A DNA stretch of 64,000 nucleotides, from the NCBI GenBank assembly GCA_964016885.1, contig OZ024753.1, positions 44,454,001 through 44,518,000 of the forward strand, given 5' to 3'. The stretch's first letter is position 1. The number at the start of each line of letters is the position of its first letter. Under the pieces are notes generated by a model. That model was not told the origin of the DNA. It did no database searches and saw only the letters and a list, made by a program, of their open reading frames with translations. Below are positions 40,500 through 52,700 of this stretch, one piece after another. The position numbers were made by a program, and so were the translations under genes. This DNA is from Eledone cirrhosa (Eukaryota).

Positions 40500-40970
40500 C
40501 ATACATACATACATACATACTGCAAATCATTTCATCCAATTTCCCACCTTATTATTAGGTAGATTATTTTATGACATTTAATAGTAAAAGATATTTATGT
40601 TTGAATGTCTGTCCAGAGAAGATATGAGCTGAATATTGCGAGTTCATATATAGACACATACACATATAAAACACACACACACATAAATACACATATATAT
40701 ATTTTAACACATATAAAACACACATGCACATACATATAAAATACACACACACACCAATACATAAATACACACGTATAAAAAAACACATATAAAACACACA
40801 CACACACACATAAATACACACATTTATATATATATATAACAAAGAAGGTATGGTAAGATACCAGGTGGACCATAATTCACCAGAGTACTCAATACTTAGG
40901 GTAGTAGAGTGGGTAATATATATATATATATATGATAAAGAACACAAGAGCGTCTACAACATCAAAAGAT

Positions 40971-41030
40971 TTTTATTGGCTTACAATGTTTCTTCCTTAC
41001 GTAACCGTAGGATTCGTCAGAGCTATAAAA
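40971..41030 (-). ncRNA. type-I hammerhead ribozyme within TA-flanked island 40934-41064
   Basis: GCU-CUGACGA-(A)UCCUACG GUUA CGUA(A)GGA(A)-GAAA-C AUU G-UA-AGC, followed by AAUAAA. Confidence 0.7.
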
Positions 41031-41074
41031 GGGGTTTGATTGGTGTTATGGACTCTACCAACCATATATATATA

Positions 41075-41145
41075 TATTAAAATAACAGATTAAAGTTTAA
41101 GCAAAGAATTGCTGCTTTCACCCTTAACAGGATCTTCTGAAACTA
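41075..41145 (-). mobile_element. family D fragment carrying the same CAGAAGA hammerhead-like motif
   Basis: reverse complement of 9847-9915 with 2 substitutions. Confidence 0.75.
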
Positions 41146-41478
41146 AAAAATAAATAAATAAATAAATAAAAGAAAACCGTGATGACTAATGGAAACTATA
41201 TCTCCATTGCTTGTTTCATTGTTGATACCGTCAAGATTTATGCTCACCCTAAGAAGTCCTTAGACATAGTAAATATTTGGGACTATTCTCATGTATCCAG
41301 TATGACCACTTTACAGAGTGAACTGGGTGCTTTTGTTGTGGCACCAGAGTGGTCAAAGACTTATGTATACTACAATGGATTTGATGTCTATGAATGAATG
41401 GTAGTTCTTATGTTGCTGTAAGAAATATTTCGGTGTATCTGTGTATCGAGTATATATGTCTATATGTATGTGTGTATG

Positions 41479-41539
<61 letters not shown>

Positions 41540-41819
41540 CAGGTCGCTCTTCAGAGCTACTGGTAACATGTAACCCAGTACAACCTATCACATGGTCAGG
41601 TCGTCGGCGACTAAACTGGCAACCCCGCCAAGCTTGCTTGGTGAGGAGGGGGAATTTGGACACCCTGTGAGATGAAAAACAAAACGCGTCAAAGGTTGGA
41701 GGAACTTAGAAGAGTTAAAGACCTTCCAATAAAAAGCCACGTCCGTGGCTCATGCTTAAGTATCAAACAATGACATTACTCGAAATCGAGTTGCAGCCAT
41801 CATCAAGTATGTATGTATG

Positions 41820-41959
41820 CATCGCTTTCTCTGAATTTCGAGTACTTTTTTGACTGGCCACCTTCCTAAAAGATAAGAAATTATCATCCCTTGAATCGCA
41901 AGAATGTTTTGCAAATTTTGAAGGTGCCAGCTATTGCCGCCATTTGCAGTTTATGAATT
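41820..41959 (-). mobile_element. second R4/Dong-like LINE 3' stub inside a (CATA)n tract
   Basis: translates IIHKLQMAAIAGTFKICKTFLRFKG*, homologous to the 7189 C-terminus; (GTAT)n on both sides. Confidence 0.75.
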
Positions 41960-42240
41960 ATGTATGTATGTAGGTGTGTGTATGTATCTGTGACCATGAA
42001 TGAGTGTAAGCATTTGATGTGTTCGCTAATGACAAAATAAAATAAAACAAATAAATTCTTCATATTCTGAACAAGAAAAGTCAATAAACAAAAGTTTGTT
42101 TATTGAGAATCTTTCAACGCCATTATTTTTACAAATATGAACTACAAGATATGCAATTCTATGGAAACAGCAGCAGAATTCATGAACCCAAATCCTATCA
42201 TGGGTATGTTTGGATAACGCATGTCTTGGAGTCAAGCAGC

Positions 42241-42296
<56 letters not shown>

Positions 42297-42988
42297 CACT
42301 CTCTCCCTCTCTCTCTCTCATCTAATTAAGCAAAGGCAAGAAATATACTTTTTTTTTCACAATTGTTTAAGATTAATTAATTTCAATTAATTGACCTCCA
42401 CTACATTATAATTCTTGTTTCATTAACATAATATAAAAAGCTAATTTTTTTATTTTCAACTTAAACACAAAATAAATCTAATTATACAGGGTTCTAGTTG
42501 TTTATTCTGTCATTTATATTCTTGATAGAAATATAGAACTAAGATGTTTGAAAAACAACGAAAACATGGAAGAAAGACAGTAGGAATTTTTTTGAAAAAT
42601 CACAATAACTCAGGTACTTAAGTTTGCTATTTCAAGACAAATACAAATAGAAACAGTTAAATCAATTCTTTCTAATTGACTAAAAATATTATTCATCTCA
42701 TGTTTCATTTAACCTGAGTTTTGTCTTCATTTTAAATCTGAGATTATTTCCATTAATGAATCCTCAATAAGACATGCTACGGTTTATTTAACGATGTGCT
42801 GATTATTGTTGACTCAGATTAACGAGAAAGAACTGAACATAGAAATTGAATAAATTTTTAAAAGATTGCATTCATTAAGCACTTTCCAATAAAGATATAA
42901 TGGCCACTGGGTTTCACATTCAGTAGTTAATGCTTTTTAATTTAGTTTTAACAGTTTCATTCAAAGTCTTTTACCATTCGCCATCTGC

Positions 42989-43022
<34 letters not shown>

Positions 43023-43194
43023 CAGTTGAGTGTCCAACAAAAGTTGATGTGAGAAAGTGAACTGATGTTGAACTATCCACACAAAGTTTTAAGTGGTGAA
43101 GGCTTGTGTAGGACCAACCACACTTTTTGGATCTGCCGACATATCTTCGGTGCAAATGTTTACCACAGAAAATACGACAACAGCTCTCACCTTT

Positions 43195-43237
<43 letters not shown>

Positions 43238-43481
43238 AGATAGAACCAGTTTTAAACTAGTTAGACCATTATTCAATTGAGTACTCAATACTTGGGATAG
43301 TAGAGTATAGCTATCTTATAAAGAGTCGTGGCCCGATGGCTGAACTCTTCATAATATATATACATATATATGTAGTTGAGGGATGAGAGAAAAGAGTGCT
43401 CAATACCGAAGTAGTGTTTAAATATTAATTCATTATGGGTAAATAGTGAGTTTTGTTACTGTGGAGTTCCACCTTCACACT

Positions 43482-43539
43482 CACATCAGACGAAACAGGT
43501 TACTGTTGATTGGGCGAACCTGTGAAACTCTGTAAAGTG
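43482..43539 (+). ncRNA. type-I hammerhead-like motif with CAGACGA core
   Basis: CACAU-CAGACGA-A-ACAGGUU/AACCUGU (7-bp stem II)-GAAA-C UCU G-UA-AAGUG. Confidence 0.55.
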
Positions 43540-45278
43540 TTCAGTGATAGAAAAGGCATGCAACCATTGAAAATCAAGCCCCAAAAGAATAAGGATCGGG
43601 ATGGTCTTTCAGCTGTGTCAAAGACATAACACTCTCCCGATGGCTGGTGTCATGATAAAATGCTATTCTACTTCCCACCATATTATAAGATTCATTTAGA
43701 TAAATCTTGTGATATGATGGAAAAAATTGTACCCGTGAGAGTAGCAGACAATGGCCAGTGTATACCCCAGTGTTCACTAGTAAATTAAAATCAGTTTGAT
43801 GCAAAGGCCTCAATGAAATCTGCTTCCAGGAGCCCCCATGCAAGCTTAACCCATCACTGTATGCAACATGCACAAAATAGATGTTGAAACAGTGGCGCGG
43901 TGGATGTGGTGTTAGTGATAAAGATGATGATGACAGCAGCTTTGTGTTGTAACCTTTCTAAAACCTAACCAATTGACCTTGACATTAGCAAGATATCACC
44001 TTGTGGATTGAGAGAAGCGAGTAAATTAATATGCATTATCTAGGATTACAATTTAACTCCAGAAGCAAGGTTTGATCTCATTATTTTCGATGAATACTTT
44101 AGAAAGCAGTCAGCACATTTCTATGCATGGATGATAACTGAATATAAAAAATAAATATAAGTTTAATATGATATTTAACTGCAAATAGACTTCGTATTGT
44201 GTTCATATTGTGTTAGTTTCTCTTCTTTTTAGCATGATCAATAATGCAAATAACTACTAAAGCAAGGAAGATTTTAGTGTCTCATGTGGAAAGAATTTGG
44301 TATCAGAATCATAAATTTCCTAATAGCTCATCGATTTGCTGCTAGTTCCACATTCATTGCAGTTAGGTCACCTCTGCTGATGCCTACTGCTGTAGCCAAA
44401 CAATCAGAAGCTGTATCTTTGACCAAGAAGATAGTAGAATGAGGACAAAGCAGGACTATAGATTACTATACTAAATATTTAGGGTGGGCTACAGAAAGCA
44501 GCAATATTCTGCTAACATATTTAAGTACAGTTTGCTACCATTTCAGAGTAGAACTAAATACATGGCGAACGGGAGATATACAAGAAAGATGGTAAAATGT
44601 ATATGACACTAGACTATCAGCTCAGCAGTTAAATTCAAATCTACTGCAGGCATTGTATTATGTATTTGAGAAAGCCAATTCTACATATCACACTTCCTAA
44701 GGAAGGAACTAGAAAGAATGTTTGTCCGGGAAGGTATACAAACTTCAAAACAATGATGTACATCGTGTATATATCTATAAAATGAATGAAATATTTATAT
44801 ATCTAACTATAGTGTACATTGTGTATATATATATATCAAATGAAATACCTATATACCCAGCTATTCCATTTATTTTCACAACATCCATCACTTGCTCTAT
44901 TGCTCTCACCTAATCACTTTCATCCTTCCTCAACACATGACTCAGCCATCTCATATTTCTCTTCACAACATCCATCACTACTCAGAATACTATATGGCCT
45001 TAAACGTCACTGCTCAGAATATTTATTCTATTCTTTATGGCCTTAAAAAGTACTTGGTCATCTCAGACCAGAGTCCAACAATGATCTTTCACTCTCCTTT
45101 CTCCCTTATCATTGTCATTGGTCCTCATTAAAGACTCTCTGTGATGTCTTGCTGACAAACAAATCCCTTTTATACCATTTTCAACTTGTCATGTACAGAG
45201 ATAATCAGCCATAGGAAGACATATCTTAGTTAAAAGATATTTTTAGTATTTAATACAGAGTACTGTAATGGTCTAGAG

Positions 45279-45399
45279 CAGAGGTTCTCAAGTGGGTGTT
45301 ACTGCACCCCTGTGGGGGAGTTGAGAAGGTCCAGGGGGCACTGGGGCCTAAGGGGGTGGTAGACATGATATAGTATATTAGATATCAAATGATACATAT

Positions 45400-45437
<38 letters not shown>

Positions 45438-46003
45438 AACAATGAGTATTTGGTCTGTTGATTATTCAACAAAGTTAATTTTACAACAGATTAGAAGCAC
45501 TCAACAGTTTTATCTGGAGTATCATTAATATCAATAATATTAATAAATGGAAAATATCTTTATAAAACCATATTTATTTTATTATACGTATTTCAAGGGT
45601 ACCAATATTTAAGTACGCTTTTGTCAGATAAAATATAATAATTGGTAAACTTAATGTTATAAGTTCAGGGATGATGGTGAATAGAGATGTACAAATGTTC
45701 AATACTCAAGGGAAATATGCTAATGAGGATAACGTTAAAACTGAAAAAAGCCGTTAAGTTTAGACACTAGATAAATTTTAAATACTTATCTAAATTTTTT
45801 AAGGGTTTGCTATTAAATATATATATATATATATATATCACAGAAAAAAAGAGAACCAGTGTTGCGACGAATAGAATTTATTGGACATATTATAATTGTT
45901 TCTCTGGCGACCAGCTCGAGGCACGATCGATGTGATGATCGAACCTGACTCTGAAAGTCGCAAGGTCCTCAAATATGCCTTGATTCTACGAAGCAGATTT
46001 ACC

Positions 46004-46042
<39 letters not shown>

Positions 46043-46522
46043 AAAGTTTTATTTAAAATTGTTGGGTTACAACGAGTAAATATTTTATAACTGATATAAA
46101 AGCACTCAACAGGTTTTGGAGTATTTTACGATATTAAACAAATGGAAACTACATTTATAAAACCATATTTATTTCATTATATATATTTCAGGGATATCAT
46201 ATTAAAAATATGGTATGCCCTCTTCAGACAAAATACAATATATAAACAGTTTTATAAATAAATTTGACATACCTTAAAATTTTACAACTTCCATTTAAAA
46301 AGTTGTTATGGTATATATATATATATATATATTTTAAAATATATATATCTTTTTTTTATACATAGTATATATTATATTATTTATTATATATTATTTAAAA
46401 TTTATTTATATGTAGGCAGGTTTCTCTGGAAATCATTCTTTTTTTTTTTTGGGGGGGGGGGTGCACTGAGGGTATTACATAGCCATGGGGTGCGGGTGAC
46501 CTAAAAAGTTTTAGACCCTCTG
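45279..46522. mobile_element. hAT(Charlie)-like non-autonomous element with nested insertions
   Basis: ends CAGAGGTTCTCAA / TTTAGACCCTCTG, G-rich subterminal regions, internal ~140-bp duplication (about 45495 and 46100). Confidence 0.6.
45884..45979 (-). ncRNA. degenerate type-I hammerhead with extended stem II in TA-flanked island 45839-46007
   Basis: stem I GGCAUAU/AUAUGUC; UUGAGGA; GCGAC/GUCGC; GAAA-CAAUUA-UA; followed by AAUAAA. Confidence 0.55.
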
Positions 46523-47031
46523 TCTTAGTTGAAAGATATTTCCAGCATTTAATAGACAGTACTGTAATGATCTAGAGATTAGCAACCCTCTCAAATAATA
46601 CAGAGCAGCATCGTCTGCAATGGGCAATAGTTTCATGACACTTTAACCAATTAGCTGACATGTTGAAATTTAACTAACTGCACAGAATTGTGAACTCACA
46701 ATTTACTACTAAAATGTTTTGATTGGCTATCGATAATTACCAAGTATTGATTTTTCTTCTGTTTTATTCCTTTGCACGAGAGCTTTTACAGTGGGAAGTG
46801 AGTAATACTATTATAACATTTACATTGTTGTTATTTTTATTGTTAAGAAGGCCTCGACTTCACTTTAACGACATAGTCAAGTGAAACATGATTTGGAAGA
46901 AGAACAGAACGAAGACTTCGGAGACAGCTTTCTATAAACAGGATGGCTTAGAGGAAATGATGTCCTCGTCTTGATAACTAATTCATTAATTCATACTAAC
47001 AGTTAGAGTTACTTTGTAACAGACACATTAG

Positions 47032-47063
<32 letters not shown>

Positions 47064-47161
47064 ACGCTGCTACTACTACTACCATGACCACATAATGTAA
47101 TAATGAAAATTATTGTGTACAGTGCTCAGGTGTACGACATTTACTGTGCTATTACAGTCAG

Positions 47162-47174
47162 TACCACTACCACC

Positions 47175-47218
<44 letters not shown>

Positions 47219-47360
47219 CACCACCACCACCACCACCACCACTACTACTACTACTACCACCACCACCACCACCACCACCACCACCACCACTACTACTACT
47301 ACTACCACCACCACCACCACCACCACTACTACTACTACTACTACGACTACCACCACCACC

Positions 47361-47407
<47 letters not shown>

Positions 47408-47420
47408 CACCACCACTACT
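47162..47420. repeat. mosaic (ACC/ACT)n trinucleotide tract
   Basis: direct reading. Confidence 0.95.
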
Positions 47421-47781
47421 TCTTTTATCTTTTACCTTTAGACATCAAAAAACCTAAGAACCTTCTATCATAATTTTATGTAAGAACCTATGTTCCAAAC
47501 ACCAACTTAATAATGAGAAAGATAGTTATAATAATAAATCCCTCAAAAGACTTGATTATTTTCAAAATGGTAAATGGACGTAAAATAATGTTGATGATAT
47601 ATATATATAGCAAAAAGTATGACCCCGACGGCAGAGCTCAAGCCTTTTCGACGGTTATTTCTGTACAGAAATTAAGACTTAACATTTAATATTCTACCAT
47701 ACTATTTCATTATAATATCATTATAATTTTAAAGGATTGCAAATAAAACGAGTAAATCAGACAAAGTTGGAATTCCTTTTA

Positions 47782-47818
<37 letters not shown>

Positions 47819-47832
47819 TACCACTCAGATGT

Positions 47833-47990
47833 TGATTTAAAACTGCACTATCCACAAGTGTTCTTTAGCCTTCATATCATGTTCTCCTGTTTTATCTGAT
47901 GAAAACACAAATATTATTGCATGATGATGTTTGTTTTTGAAATGCGCATAATAAAATACATGGAACTCCTTTAACCATCTTTTGATCTTA
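47833..47990 (+). mobile_element. family F TA-embedded element
   Basis: second closely similar copy at 62734-62891. Confidence 0.8.
47888..47958 (+). ncRNA. canonical type-I hammerhead ribozyme
   Basis: UUUUAU-CUGAUGA-(16-bp stem II, one mismatch)-GAAA-UGCGCA-UA-AUAAAA; palindromic stem III. Confidence 0.85.
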
Positions 47991-48172
47991 TATATTATAT
48001 ATATATATATATTTATATACAATGTACATTTAAGTTCATTCTCATTTGCATGTAGTGATGTAGTGCAGGCTTGATGGTCTGGTATCAATTATCAGTATAA
48101 CTAATACAGTGTGATTCATCATAAAGGCATACACGAAAACTTAAACAATGATTATTAATATTACACAGTAAT

Positions 48173-48358
48173 ATTGGCAGTATCGGTAGAGAGTCGGACG
48201 CCATGCTTTGCAGCATAGAGTTACGGCCCTTGCCATTCTGAGTTCAAATCCTGCCGAGGTTAACTTTACCTCTCATCCTTACAGAGTCGATAAAATAAAG
48301 TACCAGTAATGTACTGAGTAATTGCTGGTCTTGTGCCAAAAATAGAAACAATTATTAA
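48173..48358 (+). mobile_element. family A SINE, near full length
   Basis: A and B boxes, core and tail. Confidence 0.85.
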
Positions 48359-49081
48359 TATTACACATATATAAGTCTCACTATAAGGATCTTAAGCTGT
48401 GTTCTTGTTACAGCTATCATAGTAGACATGGGAGAATGTCATCTTTGCTCATTACATTCCATGTTTGGCATGGGCTCTACAGCTGGATGCCCTTCCTAAC
48501 ACCAACCACCTTATATGTATATATTTACATGTCTGTGTATTGTATATCTTTCAGCAATATTTATCATCTGATATATCTTCAATGTATTTGTTATTATTAC
48601 GGTTAGCCTTGTGTTTGTTTTGAATGAAGTTGCTGTGTTACATACCATGATATGTGTTTGGTGTGATTTTTAGCACAACCGGTAGCGAGTTACGTAAATG
48701 TTGGTTAAGAATGTAGAAAGTGGTGTACGTGATTTCTTCAGTTGCATCATTAAAATATGACAAATTGGCAATGAAGATATTAGGGAACTTTCTTAATCTG
48801 AATAACTATGTAGAAGCCATGACATACCTTGATATTCAATATGAAGCCCAAATAATTTGAGATAACGTAAAAGAAGAGAGAGAAAAAAAAGAAAGAAAAT
48901 CTCCCTTTCTTCTCCACATGTGGTATTAAGACTATCAAGTAAAAAACATGCTTTACTTCAACACATGTTGGAAAAATCCAGCATACTTTCAGATAAAAAA
49001 ACAACAAATCAATGATGGTGCCCCAGCATGACCTCAGTCTGACAGCTGGAACAAGTATTAGAGAGAAGTGAATCAAAAATA

Positions 49082-49270
49082 TTAATAATTGTTTCTACTT
49101 TTGGCACAAGGCCAGCAATTAAATCAGTGTATTACTGGTACTTTATTTTATAGACCTCGTAAGGATGAAAGGTAAAGTTAACCTCGGCGGGATTTGATCT
49201 CAAACCATAAAGGGCCGTAACTCTATGCCACAAATCATGGCGTCCGACACTCTACCGATTCTGCCAATCC
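49082..49270 (-). mobile_element. family A SINE, full length
   Basis: reverse complement of the 28272-28454 type. Confidence 0.85.
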
Positions 49271-49382
49271 TCTGCCCTCAAAAATATTAATAATATTTGA
49301 TTGATTGAATTGCTGGAAACCCCTCTACATGACAATGAAGCAGTGAATGACTTTATTTCAAGAATAAATTTGCAAGCTGCAT

Positions 49383-49700
49383 TTCTTCTTCTTCTTCCAC
49401 TTATTCCTGAGAGGGTTGTGGGGGTAGATTCCTCAAACACTCCCTCCAGCAGATCCTGTCAATAGCAACCGTCCATAAACTGATCCGGCTGCTGGATCCC
49501 CCAAGCGAGACCAGCCAAGCTCATGGATGTTATCCAACCATCTTGCTCGGGGTCTACTCCTGGGTGTTTTGCCGGTTGGTTTTGCCCATAAAATCTTTCC
49601 AGTGGTTCTTTCCTGAGACATTCTAACCACATATCTGTAGTATCGGAGCTGTGATCTCTCAATTTGGAGAAGTAGTGGCTCTACCTAGAGTGACTCTCTC
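49383..49700 (-). mobile_element. RTE (Rex3/Expander-like) LINE 3' end, continuous with the 123-bp satellite
   Basis: VEPLLLQIERSQLRYYRYVVRMSQERTTGKILWAKPTGKTPRSRPRARWLDNIHELGWSRLG; (GAA)n tail. Confidence 0.9.
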
Positions 49701-52700
49701 ATCTCTCAGCTATAAATCTGTTCAGGTATTCTTTCTTGAGACATTCTAACCACATGCCCGTAGTATCGGAGCTGTGATCTCTCAATTTGGAGAAGTAGCA
49801 GCTCTACCTGGAGTGACTCTCTCATCTCTCAGCTATAAATCTGTTCAGGTATTCTTTCTTGAGACATTCTAACCACATGCCCGTAGTATCGGAGCTGTGA
49901 TCTCTCAATTTGGAGAAGTAGTGGCTCTACCTGGAGTGACTCTCTCATCTCTCAGCTATAAATCTGTTCAGGTATTCTTTCTTGAGACATTCTAACCACA
50001 TGCCCGTAGTATCGGAGCTGTGATCTCTCAATTTGGAGAAGTAGTGGCTCTACCTGGAGTGACTCTCTCATCTCTCAGCTATAAATCTGTTCAGGTATTC
50101 TTTCTTGAGACATTCTAACCACATGCCCGTAGTATCGGAGCTGTGATCTCTCAATTTGGAGAAGTAGCAGCTCTACCTGGAGTGACTCTCTCATCTCTCA
50201 GCTATAAATCTGTTCAGGTATTCTTTCTTGAGACATTCTAACCACATGCCCGTAGTATCGGAGCTGTGATCTCTCAATTTGGAGAAGTAGTGGCTCTACC
50301 TGGAGTGACTCTCTCATCTCTCAGCTATAAATCTGTTCAGGTATTCTTTCTTGAGACATTCTAACCACATGCCCGTAGTATCGGAGCTGTGATCTCTCAA
50401 TTTGGAGAAGTAGCAGCTCTACCTGGAGTGACTCTCTCATCTCTCAGCTATAAATCTGTTCAGGTATTCTTTCTTGAGACATTCTAACCACATGCCCGTA
50501 GTATCGGAGCTGTGATCTCTCAATTTGGAGAAGTAGTGGCTCTACCTGGAGTGACTCTCTCATCTCTCAGCTATAAATCTGTTCAGGTATTCTTTCTTGA
50601 GACATTCTAACCACATGCCCGTAGTATCGGAGCTGTGATCTCTCAATTTGGAGAAGTAGTGGCTCTACCTGGAGTGACTCTCTCATCTCTCAGCTATAAA
50701 TCTGTTCAGGTATTCTTTCTTGAGACATTCTAACCACATGCCCGTAGTATCGGAGCTGTGATCTCTCAATTTGGAGAAGTAGTGGCTCTACCTGGAGTGA
50801 CTCTCTCATCTCTCAGCTATAAATCTGTTCAGGTATTCTTTCTTGAGACATTCTAACCACATGCCCGTAGTATCGGAGCTGTGATCTCTCAATTTGGAGA
50901 AGTAGCAGCTCTACCTGGAGTGACTCTCTCATCTCTCAGCTATAAATCTGTTCAGGTATTCTTTCTTGAGACATTCTAACCACATGCCCGTAGTATCGGA
51001 GCTGTGATCTCTCAATTTGGAGAAGTAGTGGCTCTACCTGGAGTGACTCTCTCATCTCTCAGCTATAAATCTGTTCAGGTATTCTTTCTTGAGACATTCT
51101 AACCACATGCCCGTAGTATCGGAGCTGTGATCTCTCAATTTGGAGAAGTAGCAGCTCTACCTGGAGTGACTCTCTCATCTCTCAGCTATAAATCTGTTCA
51201 GGTATTCTTTCTTGAGACATTCTAACCACATGCCCGTAGTATCGGAGCTGTGATCTCTCAATTTGGAGAAGTAGTGGCTCTACCTGGAGTGACTCTCTCA
51301 TCTCTCAGCTATAAATCTGTTCAGGTATTCTTTCTTGAGACATTCTAACCACATGCCCGTAGTATCGGAGCTGTGATCTCTCAATTTGGAGAAGTAGTGG
51401 CTCTACCTGGAGTGACTCTCTCATCTCTCAGCTATAAATCTGTTCAGGTATTCTTTCTTGAGACATTCTAACCACATGCCCGTAGTATCGGAGCTGTGAT
51501 CTCTCAATTTGGAGAAGTAGTGGCTCTACCTGGAGTGACTCTCTCATCTCTCAGCTATAAATCTGTTCAGGTATTCTTTCTTGAGACATTCTAACCACAT
51601 GCCCGTAGTATCGGAGCTGTGATCTCTCAATTTGGAGAAGTAGTGGCTCTACCTGGAGTGACTCTCTCATCTCTCAGCTATAAATCTGTTCAGGTATTCT
51701 TTCTTGAGACATTCTAACCACATGCCCCTAGTATCGGAGCTGTGATCTCTCAATTTGGAGAAGTAGTGGCTCTACCTGGAGTGACTCTCTCATCTCTCAG
51801 CTATAAATCTGTTCAGGTATTCTTTCTTGAGACATTCTAACCACATGCCCGTAGTATCGGAGCTGTGATCTCTCAATTTGGAGAAGTAGTGGCTCTACCT
51901 GGAGTGACTCTCTCATCTCTCAGCTATAAATCTGTTCAGGTATTCTTTCTTGAGACATTCTAACCACATGCCCGTAGTATCGGAGCTGTGATCTCTCAAT
52001 TTGGAGAAGTAGCAGCTCTACCTGGAGTGACTCTCTCATCTCTCAGCTATAAATCTGTTCAGGTATTCTTTCTTGAGACATTCTAACCACATGCCCGTAG
52101 TATCGGAGCTGTGATCTCTCAATTTGGAGAAGTAGTGGCTCTACCTGGAGTGACTCTCTCATCTCTCAGCTATAAATCTGTTCAGGTATTCTTTCTTGAG
52201 ACATTCTAACCACATGCCCGTAGTATCGGAGCTGTGATCTCTCAATTTGGAGAAGTAGCAGCTCTACCTGGAGTGACTCTCTCATCTCTCAGCTATAAAT
52301 CTGTTCAGGTATTCTTTCTTGAGACATTCTAACCACATGCCCGTAGTATCGGAGCTGTGATCTCTCAATTTGGAGAAGTAGTGGCTCTACCTGGAGTGAC
52401 TCTCTCATCTCTCAGCTATAAATCTGTTCAGGTATTCTTTCTTGAGACATTCTAACCACATGCCCGTAGTATCGGAGCTGTGATCTCTCAATTTGGAGAA
52501 GTAGCAGCTCTACCTGGAGTGACTCTCTCATCTCTCAGCTATAAATCTGTTCAGGTATTCTTTCTTGAGACATTCTAACCACATGCCCGTAGTATCGGAG
52601 CTGTGATCTCTCAATTTGGAGAAGTAGCAGCTCTACCTGGAGTGACTCTCTCATCTCTCAGCTATAAATCTGTTCAGGTATTCTTTCTTGAGACATTCTA

